Notes: generated from the letters alone by a model not told the origin. Shown: positions 1 through 14,126, counted from the stretch's first letter. The stretch: 64,000 nucleotides of DNA from Squalus acanthias (GCA_030390025.1 CM059433.1:32490001-32554000); one strand, 5' to 3'. A program made the numbers and translations.

Positions 1-482
1 AATACACATAAACATTCACCCATTCTGCACACAGATCTGGAGCTTATATCCCTTGCCAGCTGGACTCACACAGCCTTGGTTTCTTTGGGAGGCCTCTTCC
101 TCCCAGATGAGTGGAAGAGCACCTCCCTGCTAGCTCTCACTTCCTCAACCAACATTTGCAGTGCTTCATCAGAGAACCTCGGGGAGGCCCTTGCCTTGGA
201 ATTGGACATAGTGGTTTCTCAAAATATGTTGCAGGTGGGTGCAACATTGGCAGAAATCCAGTGGAATGATCCAAGGCAGCAAGCAGTCCCTAAATCAGGC
301 TGGAAAAGTGATGTCAGCAGAGGCGAGTTTCAGCCCCAAACACTAATTGACCAAGGGCATCCCACACCTCTGAAATCAAGAGGCCCATCAGGAAAATCGT
401 AATCTTTTCAAACCTATCAGTGGAGGCGGGTTTCGAACCCACCCAAGCCTCCAACCCGCCTCCAGTGAGAAAATCGCCCCCC
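1..482 (-). mobile_element. PIF/Harbinger transposon end with 5' exon of Myb/SANT gene (truncated by window edge)
   Basis: The minus strand from ATG ~209 reads MSNSKARASPRFSDEALQMLVEEVRASREVLFHSSGRKRPPKETKAV, homologous to the Myb/SANT exon 1 of the other Harbingers here. A terminal GAGAAAATCGCCCCC (TIR-like) lies at ~467-482. Confidence 0.75.
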
Positions 483-1129
483 CACGTCTCTGTAATGGCT
501 ATCAGATCCTACCCATTTATTTCAATTTGTGCCATCAACTCATCTATCTTGTTACGAATGCTGTGTGCAAACAGCCCACTCTCTGCCCGCGGATGTCCAT
601 TTCCCAAGGATGGCTATGATCTGTCAAGATGATTCTTGACAGATCGCAAGTTCTGGGCTTTCGCGCGCGAAATCCCGGAACTTGCAGGGCCCTTACAGAC
701 GCGTATACACCACGTACGCACCTGTAGGCACCGGAAAATATGTGCCATTGTATCAAATAAACTGTTACTGCAAAGTTGTGTTTTGGAACTTCAATGAGGC
801 TGTGCTTAATTTCAAGTTTTTCCTCAGTTTCAAGATGAATTTGCACCAGTCCGTTGCTAGTGCTTTGGGAATACTAGATTGCTAATTGTTTACTTTGAAA
901 GGAGCTAGAAAGAGACAGATGGAATTTCTTGTTAAAAAAACAGTTCCTCTTCTAGTTTCACAATTATCAGTCAATGCCAAGACACCAGTGACACTTCCTG
1001 GATCATGATAATAGTTCATCAATATCTCATCATCACCACTCTCAGATAGTGAGAGGACAAAAAACAACAGTATTGCAGAAATGCTTGTTCCCAGATTAAT
1101 TCTTAGCCAAGCAGTCCAGTGCGAACAAA

Positions 1130-2135
1130 CAGTTGTCACATTTACCCACCCTATTCCCATATCCTTTCAACCCTTTTTCTTTTATCCATCTATCCAGTGT
1201 AATCATGAATGCTGATTTTGTTTGTGCCTCAACCACTATCCCTGGAAGTGAATTCCACATCCTCAACTTTCAAGAAGTTTCTCCTGCCCTCTGTTCTAAA
1301 TCTCTTTATGTTTAATCTTCTAACTATGGCCTCTTTTTTTTAATTCACTCAACTACTGGAAATAGTCTGCTTCCACGTATACCGTCCCATTCTTTCATAT
1401 ACAAATACGAAGAAATACCCTTTAATTTTAAATACATCTATCATATCGCCCCGTAATCTGCGCTGTTCTAACAAAAAAGACCCAATTTTTCCAGGTCTTT
1501 CTTGGTATTTGTATATTCTAATACCAGGCAGCATTCTATAGTGAATCTGTGATGTACCCCTTCTAAAGTCTGAATATCCTTCCTAGAGTGTGGAGCCTAA
1601 TACTGCTTACAGGTCTTAGTTTTTTTTATATATAAAGTCTCATCGTTACCTTTTGGGTTTAATATTCTACACAGCGATGAAACCTAGAATTTTATTTGCA
1701 TTTTGTTTAAATCTCATTAACCTGGGGCACAGTCTTTAATATTCTGTGAACATGTATCCCCAAATCCCTCTGCCTTTTACAGCAACAAGCTTACTTTCAT
1801 TCACAGTATAATTACTGCTTTTTTTTAAAACCAAAATGTAACACCCCTCTTTTACTAACATTGAATTCTACCTGGCCTTTTTTAGCCCATATCCCCAACT
1901 TAACAATATTCCTTTGCAGCTTTCTTTGGACTTCTACTCAACCCTGTGGGACACCATTGCCCACTAATTCCTTACCCCTTAATTTTCTCTAGTACCTTGT
2001 TCAAAGGCTTTCCTAAAGTTGATATATACTACATCTATTGCATTTCCCCCATCAACTATGTCTTGTAACCTCCACAAAGAGTTCTATGACATTTGCAGAG
2101 CATGATTGTCCCTTTTGAAATCCGTGCTGACTATT
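1130..2135 (-). mobile_element. Old CR1-type LINE 3' fragment
   Basis: ORF 1349-1534 contains LLEQRRLRGDMIDVFKI, the CR1 ORF2 C-terminal motif. Confidence 0.75.
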
Positions 2136-2169
2136 TCCATCTATTTCGTCTACACCTGGATACTTGGCA

Positions 2170-2675
2170 TATTCATCCTGGCCGGCCTCCCACTTCGCAA
2201 ACCTCCGTAAACTTGAGCTCATCTAAAACTCTGTTGTCCATATCCTAACTCGCACCAAGTCCCATTTACCCATGACCCCTGTATTCGCTGACCTACATTG
2301 GCTCCTGGTCCGGCAACACCTCGATTTTAAATTCTCATCCTTGTTTTCAAATCCCTCCACGGCCTCGCCATCTAGGCTGAGCTCCTCCTGCCCTACAACC
2401 CTCCGAGATCTCTATGCTCCTCCAATTCTGGCCTTGTGCGCATCTCCAATTTTCAATCGCTCCACCATTGGCGGTCGTGCTTTTAGGTGTCAAGGCCCTA
2501 AGCTCTGAAATTCCTTCCCTAAGCCTCTCTGCCTCTCTCTCCCCATTTAAGAGGCTCCATAAAACCTACCTCTTATCTGTTCTAATATCTCATGTGGCTC
2601 GTTGTCAAATTTTGTCTGATAACGCTCCTGTGAAGCGCCTTTACTATGTTAAAGGCGCTAGATAAATACAAGTTT
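2170..2675 (+). mobile_element. L2-type LINE 3' end
   Basis: Encodes TPVFADLHWLLVRQHLDFK and RSTIGGRAF (L2-like ORF2 C-terminus). It ends in the tail AAAGGCGCTAGATAAATACAAG, which recurs elsewhere in the window. Confidence 0.8.
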
Positions 2676-3611
2676 CTAAATGCAAGATTCTAAACTTTTC
2701 CCTGTTAATTGAAGTAATGGTGGCAGGACTCAAGGTAGCTTTGCCCATTAAAAACAAGCTCACATTAGAAACTCATAAGAAATTGCCTGAGGCAATTAAT
2801 AGTTTTCTTGCCTTCTTGCAAGTTCAAGGAGTCGTGACATTTGAATGTTTGTATTATCTTTTTACCTTATATGAAATTCAGCTGATCTGCCTGATATATT
2901 TTATGGCCTCACCTTATTAGTAACATATTTTGTTTTGTGACTCAAGGCAATAATTAGCCTGGTTCTAGAGGAAAATGATCCAATAATTAGTTAAGAAGTG
3001 CTTTCAATTACTGAGCTTGATTCTTCACATGCAGCTCAGACATAAAAACAAAACAAGCAGAAGATCACATCGTACCGAGTTCATGGAGGCATAACAGCCA
3101 CAAATACTGTAATGAATCTTCATGTAGGATTAATGTATTGGAATTTATAAAAAATTGCCTTGAGGTTCTTATTTTAAACACTGAATTTGGAACAGGATTC
3201 ATCCTACATAATCCAACTCAATTAGAAAGTGAAGTCACAGGCCAGACACCAATAGGAACAGAGTATAGCACTGGTCAAGTCCATTTTGTTCTATGCTCCA
3301 CTCAAAAATATCAAGACTGAACAGGACATAGCGGTCTTGATTCGCACTGGCACAACACAAAGGCACACTTGCACTGTAACTCAGGAGGCGAGCAGTGACG
3401 AATCTTGCCCACTTGGCTGAGAAGCGTAAAATCCATGGAGGCAGCAGCTCTTAAAGGGCTGCAGCTCACCTTAAAAGGGAAATTTGACAAATTGCTCACA
3501 ATGGCACACTGATGACCTGGGCAATGCTGCTTCCTTTATTGTTTGGAATTAACAGCCTGCCTACAGCAGATGCACCAAAGGAGGGTGGATCTAGTTGGAG
3601 CCAAATGCCTC

Positions 3612-3920
3612 AGAATCATACAGTACACAAGGAGACCATATGACCCATTGTACCTGTGCTGGCTCTTTTGAAAGAACTATCCAATTAGTCTCAGACCCCT
3701 GTTCTTCTATATATCCAATTCCCTTTTGAAAGTTGCTGTTGAATCTACTTCCACTGCCCTTTCAGGCAATCCAGATCATAACAACTCGCTGCATAAAATA
3801 AATTATCCTCATCTCCCCTCTTGTTCTTTAGCCAATTACCTTAAATTTGTCTCCTCTGGTTACTGACCTTCCTGCCACTGGAAACAGTTTCTTCCTATTT
3901 ACTCGATCGGAACCCTTCAT
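3612..3920 (-). mobile_element. CR1-type LINE 3' fragment
   Basis: Reverse-complement match to the CR1 3' fragments at 42420-42765 and 43250-43535. Confidence 0.7.
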
Positions 3921-6694
3921 AAAAAATGGTTAGCTTTTGCCCAAGAGAAAACAACAATAGTGGCACGCATTAAGAATGAAATGGAAAATAAAAAAAGAAC
4001 AAAAGCAGGGTAACATAAAGAAAAAGGGCAGACAGAGAAACGAGGAGATAGAAAAAAAGGGGGGTCAGAGGGAGCAGTGGTGGAGTTAGGCTTGGATGAC
4101 TCATAGGGGCCGGGGAGGGGGAGGGGAGGGGTGGATGCAGAAGGGGTCAAACTTGAGATTTGGCTGACTTAGCAGGAAGAAATCTGAGCGGAGACTGAGA
4201 AATGCCGACATACCTAATCTAAATGCTGAGCTGGGAACCTCACAAATCTAACCTGGAAGCCAAAGACGGATGACAGGGATTCCTGGGAGCGAAATGGAGG
4301 CGGCCCTCCAAAGCAGCGTTGGCCAACCTAAAAATGATTAGGTGGTGGTGAGGACCATCCCACGTAGAGAAAGAGAGGGAGAAGTGGGGAGAAAAAGTTG
4401 GTAAGTGTAAAAAAAAGACAACATAAGAAGGTGAATATAATCACTGCTACATTTACTGTGCATTGAGTGGACTTATATTGATTGCATTTCAGTGATGCAA
4501 GTGGGAACCATCTTTTCACTGATTGCTTGTTTGATTGTGAAGTTGAACGCAGCCATGCTTGTGCTCAATCACATGGAAGGAGCATTGCCATCAACCAGTG
4601 TAAGTTTTAACAAAGATAGCTGCCCAGATGGTCAGTTCTTTCCAGTCAGTAACATAGGAGGAGTGGTATTAAAGCAGGCTACCAGTGCCTTTAATTGCTT
4701 AAAAAAAACTTAAGTGATGGGGCTTCACACCAGCTTCTTTGATGCTACAGTCAATACCCATCCTTCCTGATGCAAAACCATGATGATTTCCGAAAGGTGA
4801 CTGGCCGAAAACACTTCATCTTGTCGTTGACATGAGATGCTCAAATTATAATTCTTGAATGACAATTGAAGTTTATCAGTGTCTGGCAGCATTTGAAAGG
4901 AAGAGTGCAATATATTTAAAACGTTATATTGAAATGGACTTGTACGCAACTCGGTGGTGACTTGCAACATGGGGGCAACACTCACCATTACACTTCATCA
5001 AAACTAGTAATCCTCAAACAAATTACTGCTTCGGACCTTGAGACAAACATTGGCGAGTACTTTTGGGTTAGGTGGATAACCCTCCAGAATTGGTTAAAAA
5101 TGTGACGCAGAAAATAGCTCCTTATTTGTCGGAAAGCCATGTCTGAGAATTAGTTTCAGCCAATATCTGAAAAATAGTTTGGAAAAACCTTCTGTTTTCA
5201 ATTAAATGTGATAGCTTTGATGGCTATTACTTTATTAGGAATTCATTATATATACATAAGTGTGAATGGCTGACCCCTGGGTATTTTATGAATTCTCTGT
5301 TGGCTTAGCAGGATTTCAGGTTTCGAAAAAAATACTAAACAATAAAGGCATACCGCCTAAATGAGATTTGGGCATGAAGTCCATTTTAGCAAGCTTTTAC
5401 TGACTGCAATTTGTGGTTGTTTTGATTATGCTCATTTCATCGATCATGCTCATTTCAATCTGCCACAATACGACTTATTTACCCCTGTACGTAGATCTTA
5501 GCAGTAAGCGTCAGTGTTTTCCCATCTATCCTCAGGTGGTGTTTAATTAAATACACACAGTGAATTGGTGTAACAATATTTCACTTTCAGTTCAAGCTCA
5601 CTTCCCATTTCATCAGACTCGAAGTTCACGAAGCATTAAGCTTGACTGAGGGACAATAGTGCTCGGCAGAGGCTGGATGTGGAGTTTAGTCATTGAAGTC
5701 CATTACCATTAAATTATAAAGATGCTCAATACTGTAAGAGTCCTGGTGGCAAAGTGGTGTAGCATGGTCAAATGCCAAGGTGCTGGGAATACCACAGCAA
5801 TAACATGTGTCCATACCTATAAACACAATTATCAAACAAAAGCTCACGTTCACTGTTGTACTGTATCATGCAGCTACTGGATAAGGGGTTGATCTTGGCT
5901 TGTCAGGGCCCAGTGAAAGAATTATTGCAAGGGCTTACTAAAAATAGTTCTGTGCACTGCTATAAATTAAACATGAAAAAGTAAGTTTCCTCCTACCAAT
6001 TTGCAATATCTGCAATTTACAATTTGGTGAGATTCTAAGAAAGAAAATCCAGGGGCAAGTCAGATTGGTAACTTGGTTTATATAGATCATGGAAAAGTCC
6101 ACATTTGGAATAGCTTTTCCACCCATTGACTAAGCTAGGTCATGGTGTGAAGTTGTAGGCTGCATTTCAAAATGGCATTAATGGATTGATGAAGGTTCAA
6201 AAAAGGGATTAGGATAATTTAGGTTTATAAAAGTATGAAGTAGCTTTTAAGTGAAAGGGAACAGGATGTAGGTTTTCAAAATACAATAGGAATGGATAGC
6301 ACAGAAGCACGCATGTTATTTAATTTGTATTGTGAGAACAGAATTAGAGGACACAAGTATAAAATTAACTAGCTTCAAGCAAGTTTGAGGATGACAAGCA
6401 CACACACCAAGGCCAGAATTTTCTTCACCTGGGCGGATCTGGTGCGGGCGACCACCATGGCGGGTCGGGAGCCTGTTGCTGGCTCCACAGAACAACTTTA
6501 CGTTAATGGGGCCTATTAAGCCCACCCTGCGCACTACCCGGCCCAATTAAATGGTGCAGGTTTGATGACATCATCCATGATGCATTTTCAGCTGGGATAT
6601 TTAAAGGAGCCATGGCCACATTGCAGTTGAAGGTTCATCTAGGAGTGTGCAGTCAGTGCACTTCACAATTCCACTGCTGCACACACCACCAGAG

Positions 6695-8589
6695 ATGACT
6701 GCACAGAGGCAGAGGGCTGCACCCAGGTTCTCCGATGACTCCCTCCATATGCTTGTGGAGGGAGTCAGAGCATGCAGGGAGGTTCTGCTCTGCTGATGGG
6801 AGGAAGAGACCTCCCCAGCAGAGCAAAGGTTCCTGGCTCCAAATAGCAGAGGAGGTGAATAGCAGGGATGTCATCCAGAGGACCTGGGTGCAGTGCTGCA
6901 AACGCATCAACGATCTTGTTAGATCAGGAAAGGTGAGTCCAAAGCCACACTCAACTTCATCCTGCTGTGCCTCTCATCACATCCCCATCACTCTGCCTTC
7001 CCAACCCTACTCCTGCACATCCTTACTCACACCAGTCCACCCATCCCTCTCTATCTACATTATCACATCCCCATCTTACCAGCCACCCCTCACACTCAGC
7101 CTCATCCAAATGCAATCATACGAACTAACAACACACAAGGAGGCCACTTGGAATTGCAACCCCATTCCATCAGAATCTCCCTCTACACATATAACCCATC
7201 CATTCCTTACACTTATTCCATCACTCTCACTCAACCTTCTCTTCTTTCCCTCCTTGCAGGAAAAGAGAACCCACAGTAAGAGGCAGAGGGAGAGAACTGG
7301 CAGTGGAACGGCATCAATGGCCACCCTGACCACAGCAGAGGAAGCTGCCTTAGAGCTGGTGGGAGTCACCGAGCATGGGAGACAGAGAGAGGGGGCCATC
7401 TCAGCAACCTGGTGACAGAATTACATATCATACAGCTACATGGCATATATCAGTCACTCATATGGATGCTGATGTCAGCAGCCATTGAATGGTCATTATG
7501 TGCATAATGGTTTCTGTACCCAATCTACATACGACATATCTAACTCATCTCCTTACTCTCCCACAGGCCCATCAAGAGCCCCACCACTGTCCAGGAGCCC
7601 CCCACCACTGTCCAGGAGCAAGAGGAAGATGACTCCTCAGAGGAGCCTCTAGCCTCTCAGGGTGCACCGTCACCAGACAGAAGCACACCCAGCACCAGCG
7701 CAGAAATGCATACCTTGGTGAGTCCCTCGCGAGATAGAATAGCGTTGTTACCTGTTGTGTCAAAAATTTCAACCGAGCAACAGCAGATGGTGCAGACAGG
7801 AACAGCAGTGAAGACTCCTAGTCGGAGGACGCAGGACTCTCCCAACTCTGCACAATTGCATGCAGACGCTGAGCCTCAGGGCCCATCCAGAAAGAGGGTG
7901 ATCCTAGAGCTGCAGGAACAAGTGCAGGAGGCTCTGACAAGTTTTACGAATGCAATGACTGCCAGTGTTCAGAGAATGGAGGAGTTAATCTCCAACATGA
8001 GCACCACTGTGTCACAGGCGATGGCGACTGTAGGCTCTTCCATGGATAAGATGGCCAACTGCATGGAGCAGCTAATGCACCACTCAGAAGCATATACTAT
8101 CTATGCAGCATAGATGGCTATCTAGGGAGGATAGATGGCTATCTATGGACAATAGATGGCAGAGGCTCATAGATGTCCTCTCTAGGAGAGATGTCAGTGT
8201 AGCCATGGGTCCTCATGGCCCCATTGATGTGTAGCAAGGTGCTCTCCAGCTCCTTGCTAGCAGAGAAGTGCGGGTGGCCCATGAGAGGAATGATGGCGAG
8301 AGGGGACATGGAAGTGGGAGCTCCTCTGAAAGCGTTCACACTTCTCCCCCATTGCCACCCCCTCAGTAGGAGCCCCAGATGCCTCCCTGGACAGCGATGG
8401 CCAAGTCTGCCCCTGCAAAGTCGCAGGAGGAGCAGACTTTGGCGGGGCCATCGCAGGCTCCAAAACCCAGAGGACGACCACCAAAAGGGTCTAAGTAGTC
8501 GCAGCAGGGAGGCTGCTTCGACCTCTGCTGAAGCCACAGAGGTAGCACCACATCGAAGCACGCGTAAGAGAAAGAAGCCACACAAATAG
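6695..8589 (+). pseudogene. Harbinger Myb/SANT-like DNA-binding protein gene (3 exons, disrupted)
   Basis: Exon 1 runs from ATG 6695 to donor AAG|GTGAGT at 6932 and encodes WLQIAEEVNSRDVIQRTWVQCCKRINDL. Exon 2 starts after CCTTGCAG at 7260 (EKRTHSKRQRERTGSG). Exon 3 starts after CCACAG at 7567 and has a coiled-coil region and a basic C-terminus RSTRKRKKPHK. Frameshifts and stops are present. Confidence 0.85.
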
Positions 8590-8867
8590 ATTCACAAGGG
8601 TGTTTTATTCAATGTTGATGTGAAGTTTCAGTTTATTTAATGTGAACTATAAATTTCTTTCTTTTCAAAACTTGGACAAATTTGTGTGCACCTTTGGAAG
8701 TGCCTTAGTTAGTTGGAGTGAAGGGTCAGACATAACTTTACCTCCAGCAATGGTGGTGACGGTGTAAGGAATGGATTGGTCATTGTAGGGATGCTTTATG
8801 GTGTGGCTGTGGGGTGTTGCCAACCTGGTGAAGCATGTGGCAGCCATATGAGTGTATTGCGCAAAGT

Positions 8868-10080
8868 TAAGTAAATCTGGCCATGATAAGGCCATCCCTG
8901 GCCTGCCGGGCAGCAATGTGCTTGAGTGTTGGTGCCATCTGCACTGCAGGTTCCTCCTGCTCCTGCTCCTCCTCGTCTTCCAGCTGATTCTCCTCCTCCT
9001 CCTCCGAAGAGACTGTGCGCTCAGTGCCTTGCTCCTCATGCAGCAATAATGCTCATTGCCATGCTATGTTGTGCAGGGTGCAGTAGACCACGATGATTCT
9101 GGAGACCCTGGCTGGTGCGTACTGAAGGGCTCCTCCAGATCTGTCATGGCATCTGAATCGCATTTTCAGCATGTCTATTGTCTGCTCTATGACACATCTG
9201 GTGGAGATGTGGCTTTCATTATATCTCTCCTCGGCCTCAGTACTTGGCCTCCTCAAGGGTGTCATGAGCTATGTCTTCAGTGGCTAGCCCTTGTCTCCAA
9301 GCAGCCAGCCGGAAAGTATGTTTAGAGGTGTGAAGATCTGAGAGAGGGTTGACTGGCGCAGGATGAAAGAGTCATGACAGCTGCCAGGGAATTTTGCGCA
9401 CACATGAATGATCATCTTCCTATGGTTGCAGACCAGCTGTACATTGAGGGAGTGGAAGCCGTTGCGGTTGACAAAGACTCCTGGGTTATAATGGGGTGCC
9501 CTGATGGCCACATGTGTGCAGTCGATGACGCCCTGCACCCGTGGGAAGCCAGCCAGAGTGGCAAAGCCGAGCACCCGCTCAGTAATATTGGCTTCATCAG
9601 TGGCAAAGTTGATATAATTGGCTGACTTGTCAAAGAGGGCATCGGTGACTTGTGTGATGCATTTGTGGGCGGCCGACTGTGAAATGCCGTAAGTGTCTGC
9701 TGCAGGTCCCTGGAAGGAGCCTGAGGCAAAATTGAGGGCGCTGGTGACTTTGACAGCTACTGGTAAGGCATGTCCATCCGCTCCTCTGGGCTGCAGGTCT
9801 TGCTCCAGCAATGTGCATATGTCTGCGAAGAACTGGTATGATAGCCTGAGCCAACTTTGGCAATGCTGCTCAGTCATGTTGGGGAAGCTCATCCTCTGCC
9901 TGTATACCCTGTGTTGGGGGTAGCGCCTCCAGCATGGTGCAGCCCTACGCTGATGCCCTCTGTCCTGTGGAGCATCAGGGCATTGAGCAGAAGCTGGTGG
10001 TTTTGTTGGTGCTGCTGGTATTGGGGCTCATTTTGGTCAGATTCTGAGGACCAAGGTGAGACAGCATAAATGGCACCCAT
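8868..10080 (-). pseudogene. HARBI1-like DDE transposase (disrupted)
   Basis: Motifs [47 protein letters not shown] and GGALQY, followed by an acidic tail. There is a frameshift near 9900 and internal stops. Confidence 0.93.
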
Positions 10081-10844
10081 GCTGATGGAATAGATGGCAG
10101 ATCAATTAGAGTTGACAGAAGCAATCTGTTAATGGTGAGAGAGGTTCTTCCAATAAGGTGACTCTGGATGGAGACTTTGCTGGAAAGATTTGCAGCCTGC
10201 AGAAAGCTCAATCTGTGCTGGGAATGCAGTTAGCAACAGCTTCTGCCTGAGCAAAGTAATCAGCTTTGAGGTTGAAGCTTTTATTGTACATTTGATGCTG
10301 TCAAGTAATCAGCTAGAGCAATGGCCACTCCACTCCCACCTTGGGTTGACAGACGTGTTTCCTGAGCTGCATGAATCCCATGGCCATGCAGGGAAATTTT
10401 AAATGTAGGGGGGGAAAAAATGCTCTTAAGTGTCTGGAAACAAGGTTATAATGATTTCAATTAGGTCGCCTGTCTCTGCCTGTCGGGTCGCTGCCGCACT
10501 GGAAAAGGCGCCTGAGGGAAAGGCACGTGAGGGCAGGATGATGGCGGGTTCCTGACCTGCTCCCACTTTTTTCAAATTTCCCACCCGACCTGCCTCCATT
10601 CCCACCCGCATGGCCCCCAGAAAATTACGGCCAAAGTACTATTGTGTCAATTAACATTTAAAGAACTGGATAAATAGTTGGTTAGGAACTTGACTTTGAC
10701 CTATAAACAGTCATGATGAAATACAGGGAAATGTAATTTTAATTATGTATCCTCTCACCACAAAAAAAAGACTGAAGGTTTGATTTGCATCAAGATTGAC
10801 AATCCAGTCAGGTACAACAACACCTACCTTCTGCGAAATCACCT

Positions 10845-11880
10845 GATAGAAACATAGAAAACATAGAAGATAGGAGTAGGAGTAGGCCATTTGGCCCCTC
10901 GAGCCTGCTCTGCCATTCGATGAGATCATGGCTGATCATCCAAACTCAGTACCCTGTACCTGCCTTCTCCCCATATCCCTTGATACCTTTAGCTTTAAGA
11001 ACTATATCTAACTCATTCTTGAATATATTTAATGACTTGGCCTCAACTACCTTCTGTGGTAGAGAATTCCACAGGTTCACCACTCTCTGGGTGAAGAAAT
11101 TCTTCCTCATTTCTGTCCTAAATGGCTTACCCGTTATCCTTAGATTATGACCCCTGGTTCTGGACTCTCCGACCATCGGGAACATTCTTCCTGCATCTAG
11201 TTTGTCCAGACCTGTCAGAATTTTATATGTTTCGATGAGATCCCTTCTCATTCTTCTATACTCCAGCGAGTATAAGCCCAATCGACCCAATCTCTCCTCA
11301 TATGTCATTCCTGCCATCCCAGGTATCAGCCTTGTGAATCTTCGCTGAACTCCTTCCATGGCAAGAACATCCTTCCTCAGATAAGGCGACCAAAACTGCA
11401 CACAGTACTCAAGGTGTGGTCTCACCAAGGCCCTGTACAACTGCAGCAGGACATCCCTGTTCCTCTACTCAAACCCTTTCGCTATGAAGGCCAACATACA
11501 ATTTGCCTTCTTCACCGCCTGCTGCACCTGCATGCTTACTTTCAGCGACTGGTGCACAAGGACACCCAGGTCTCGTTGCACTTCCCCTTCTCCCAATCTA
11601 TTGCCATTCAGATAATAGTCTGCCTTTCTGTTTTTGACACCAAAGTGGATAACCTCGCACTTATCCACGTTATATTGCATCTGCCACGCTTCTGCCCACT
11701 CACCCAACCTGTCCAAATCATCCTGGAGTTTCTCGGTATCCTCCTCGCAGCCCACACTCCCACCCAGCTTTGTGTCATCTGCAATCTTGGAGATATTACA
11801 TTTAGTTCCCTTATCTAGATCATTAATGTATATTGTGAATAGCTGGGGTCCAAGGACCGATCCCCACTAGTCACTGCTTG
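10845..11880 (-). mobile_element. CR1-clade LINE (HER1-like), 5'-truncated
   Basis: ORFs 10946-11440 (LVRPHLEYCVQFWSPY...TRGHNL...FFTQRVVNLWNSLP) and 11465-11755 (LQDDLDRLGEWAEAWQMQYNVDKC). The 3' tail is a (CTATGTTT)n-like repeat. Confidence 0.93.
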
Positions 11881-12661
11881 CCACTGGATGCTGCACAGGA
11901 CATCAGCACCAACCACATAGCTGCCCGGGAGGCCAGGGATGGCCTCACCATGGCCAGATTTACTTCACTTGACGCTGTACACCCTGGGGCTGCCACATAA
12001 TGCGCCAGGTGGGCACCAGTCCTCACCAACACCATAAAGCTACAATGCCCAAGCCATTCCTTTCCCACTCACCACCTTTGCAGGGGTACAGTTATGTCTC
12101 ACCATTCACTGCAACTCACTTAGCCACTTCCAAAAGGTGCACCTAAATCTGTCCATGAACACAAAGGGGGAAAAATTCTGTTGGTTTGCGCCTCCCGTAG
12201 GGCGCTAATGGGGCGCAAAGCAACTAACGCCCAGGCGCGACAATGTTTGTGCCGCTGGCGAAATTGACTAGAGTTTTTGTGGCAGCGCAAAAGTTTACCG
12301 CCCCGATCTCCTGCACCCGCAGATCGTGACGTCAGTTGAGCGTGCAATGCATTGGTGGCGCCCCAAACCGGATATTGAGTGGTGCCCCCCTCCTTTCCGC
12401 CTGTCACAAGCAACGACAGGGAGACTGGAATTTTTCCCAGTCAGTGAGGGGCTGGGGAGGTGCTATTTAAAGGCGCCCTCTTGCTGGCTTTTTCTGTGGT
12501 AGACATTTTTGCACCACTCATTCTGACAGAGAGAGAGATTCTGAGAGAGATAGAGAGACTTCTGCATAGAGTCAACGCTGTGTGAAGTAGTTTTGGCTAC
12601 TGAGCATCAATTTGCAGGTACTTTTGGATTTGACCTTCATTACTTCGATTGCCAAGAGACT

Positions 12662-13865
12662 TTGGGGGCTGCACTGATTCGGGGAGTCGTCCTGCACCTG
12701 CAGAATCAGAGGCAACAGAGACGCAGAGAGAGAGTGGCAATCATGGCCAGATGGAGGAGGGCCAACAGGCCTCTGCAGAGGAGACCTTACCCTCCCAGGG
12801 TATTCCGGGAACAATTCTCCGACGTTAATTTGTCTGAGGAGCAGTGTTTGCGCAGGCTGCGCTTCAGCAAGGAGGTGGTCACTGAGCTCTGCCACCTGCT
12901 GCAGCCAGATCTGCAGCCTCAACTGAGGACCAGGACATCTCTGTCGGTGGCAGTGAAGGTCACAGTGGCTCTGAATTTTTATGCCACCAGCTACTTTTCA
13001 AGCAGCTACTGGGGACATCGCCAATATCTCCCAATTCGCAGTCCATTGCTGTATCCGTCGGGTCACAAATGCCCTCTATAAAAGGAGACACCAGTACATC
13101 TCTTTCCCAATGACCCAGGCCAAACAGCATGAACGCACTTTGGGCTTTGCGAGGATAGCGGGCTTCCCCATGGTGCAGGGCGCCATTGACTGCACGCATG
13201 TGGCATTGTGGGCACCGCATGAGAATGCAGAGGTTTTCCGAGACCGCAAGGGGTTCCACTCCTTAAACGTCCAGTTGGTCTGTGACCACAGACAGCTGAT
13301 ACTCACTGTCAATGCCCGCTATCCTGGCAGCAGCCACGATGCTTTCGTCCTGCGCCAGACTGGTGTGCCAGAACTTTTCCAGGCACCGCATCAGCCAAGT
13401 GGTTGGCTTCTCGGGGACAAGGGTTATCCACTCTGCACCTGGCTGATGACACCGCTCCGTAACCCCAACACCCCTGCTGAGCTGTGGTACAATGAGAGCC
13501 ATCTCGCAACCAGGAACATCATTGAGCAGATGAGCAGCGTGCTCATGCAACGGTTCCGCTGTCTGGACCACTCAGGAGGAGCCCTGCAGTACTCGCCTGA
13601 GCGAGTCTCCCTCTTCATTGTTGTGTGCTGCATTCTTCATAACCTGGCAATCCTCAGGACCTAGCCAATGCCACCAGGCCTTGGAGCACCACCGGAGGAG
13701 AAGGAAGAGGAGGAGGAAGAGGAGGAGGATGATCAGCAGCAGCACCAAGGTGGGAGGGAAGCCCACAATGTTGAAACTGCAAGGGCTGTCCCTCAATGAC
13801 TGATAACAAGCCGCTTCGAGGCCCCTACAGAGGAAATGGCTTCTGGCATGGAGACAACATGAATG
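12662..13865 (+). pseudogene. HARBI1-like DDE transposase, near-intact
   Basis: Motifs LSEEQCLRRLRF, VAVKVTVALNFYA, GAIDCTHV, YPGSSHDAFVL, LLGDKGY, RNIIEQ and GGALQYSPERV. There is a frameshift at ~12990 and a premature TAG at 13662 before the acidic tail. The probable start codon now reads TTG. Confidence 0.93.
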
Positions 13866-14126
13866 AAAGCAACCCACAACCCCAAAGCCGGCCAAGGCAG
13901 CAATGATTCCAAAGGCCAAACTTGTACATTTTGAATACAAAAACTTTTTTATTTTACAAACTCTGTGTCATTTCTTCATGACGAACTAATAGAAACAAAT
14001 GCAAAAAATCATTAATTAACATAACTGGTTCTCACAACCTGGAGATAATGTCAAAAACACTAAACAAAAGTTTGAACACGAACCTCGGCCTTTAATAAAA
14101 AAATTCCCAACATTTCGTCACACCTC

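Larger units (their letters stand above)
6411..10632. mobile_element. Full-length but decayed PIF/Harbinger transposon (element H1)
   Basis: TIRs GGCCAGAATTTTCT / AGAAAATTACGGCC with flanks CAA/AAA (imperfect TSD). Convergent Myb/SANT (+) and DDE transposase (-) genes lie inside. Confidence 0.92.

Noticed and set aside
4480..5200. Non-repetitive-looking stretch with short ORFs
   Set aside because: No identifiable motif in any frame; conservation cannot be assessed without alignment.
6735..7415. 226-aa ORF as a single CDS
   Set aside because: It reads through the pyrimidine-rich Myb intron (6933-7259); the real structure is spliced.
8095..8200. CRISPR-like repeat-spacer pattern
   Set aside because: The units are too short and irregular, the context is eukaryotic, and there are no cas genes.
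12662..13865. Domesticated host HARBI1 gene
   Set aside because: It lies within TIRs and a TSD alongside a Myb partner and carries disabling lesions, so it is a transposon copy.
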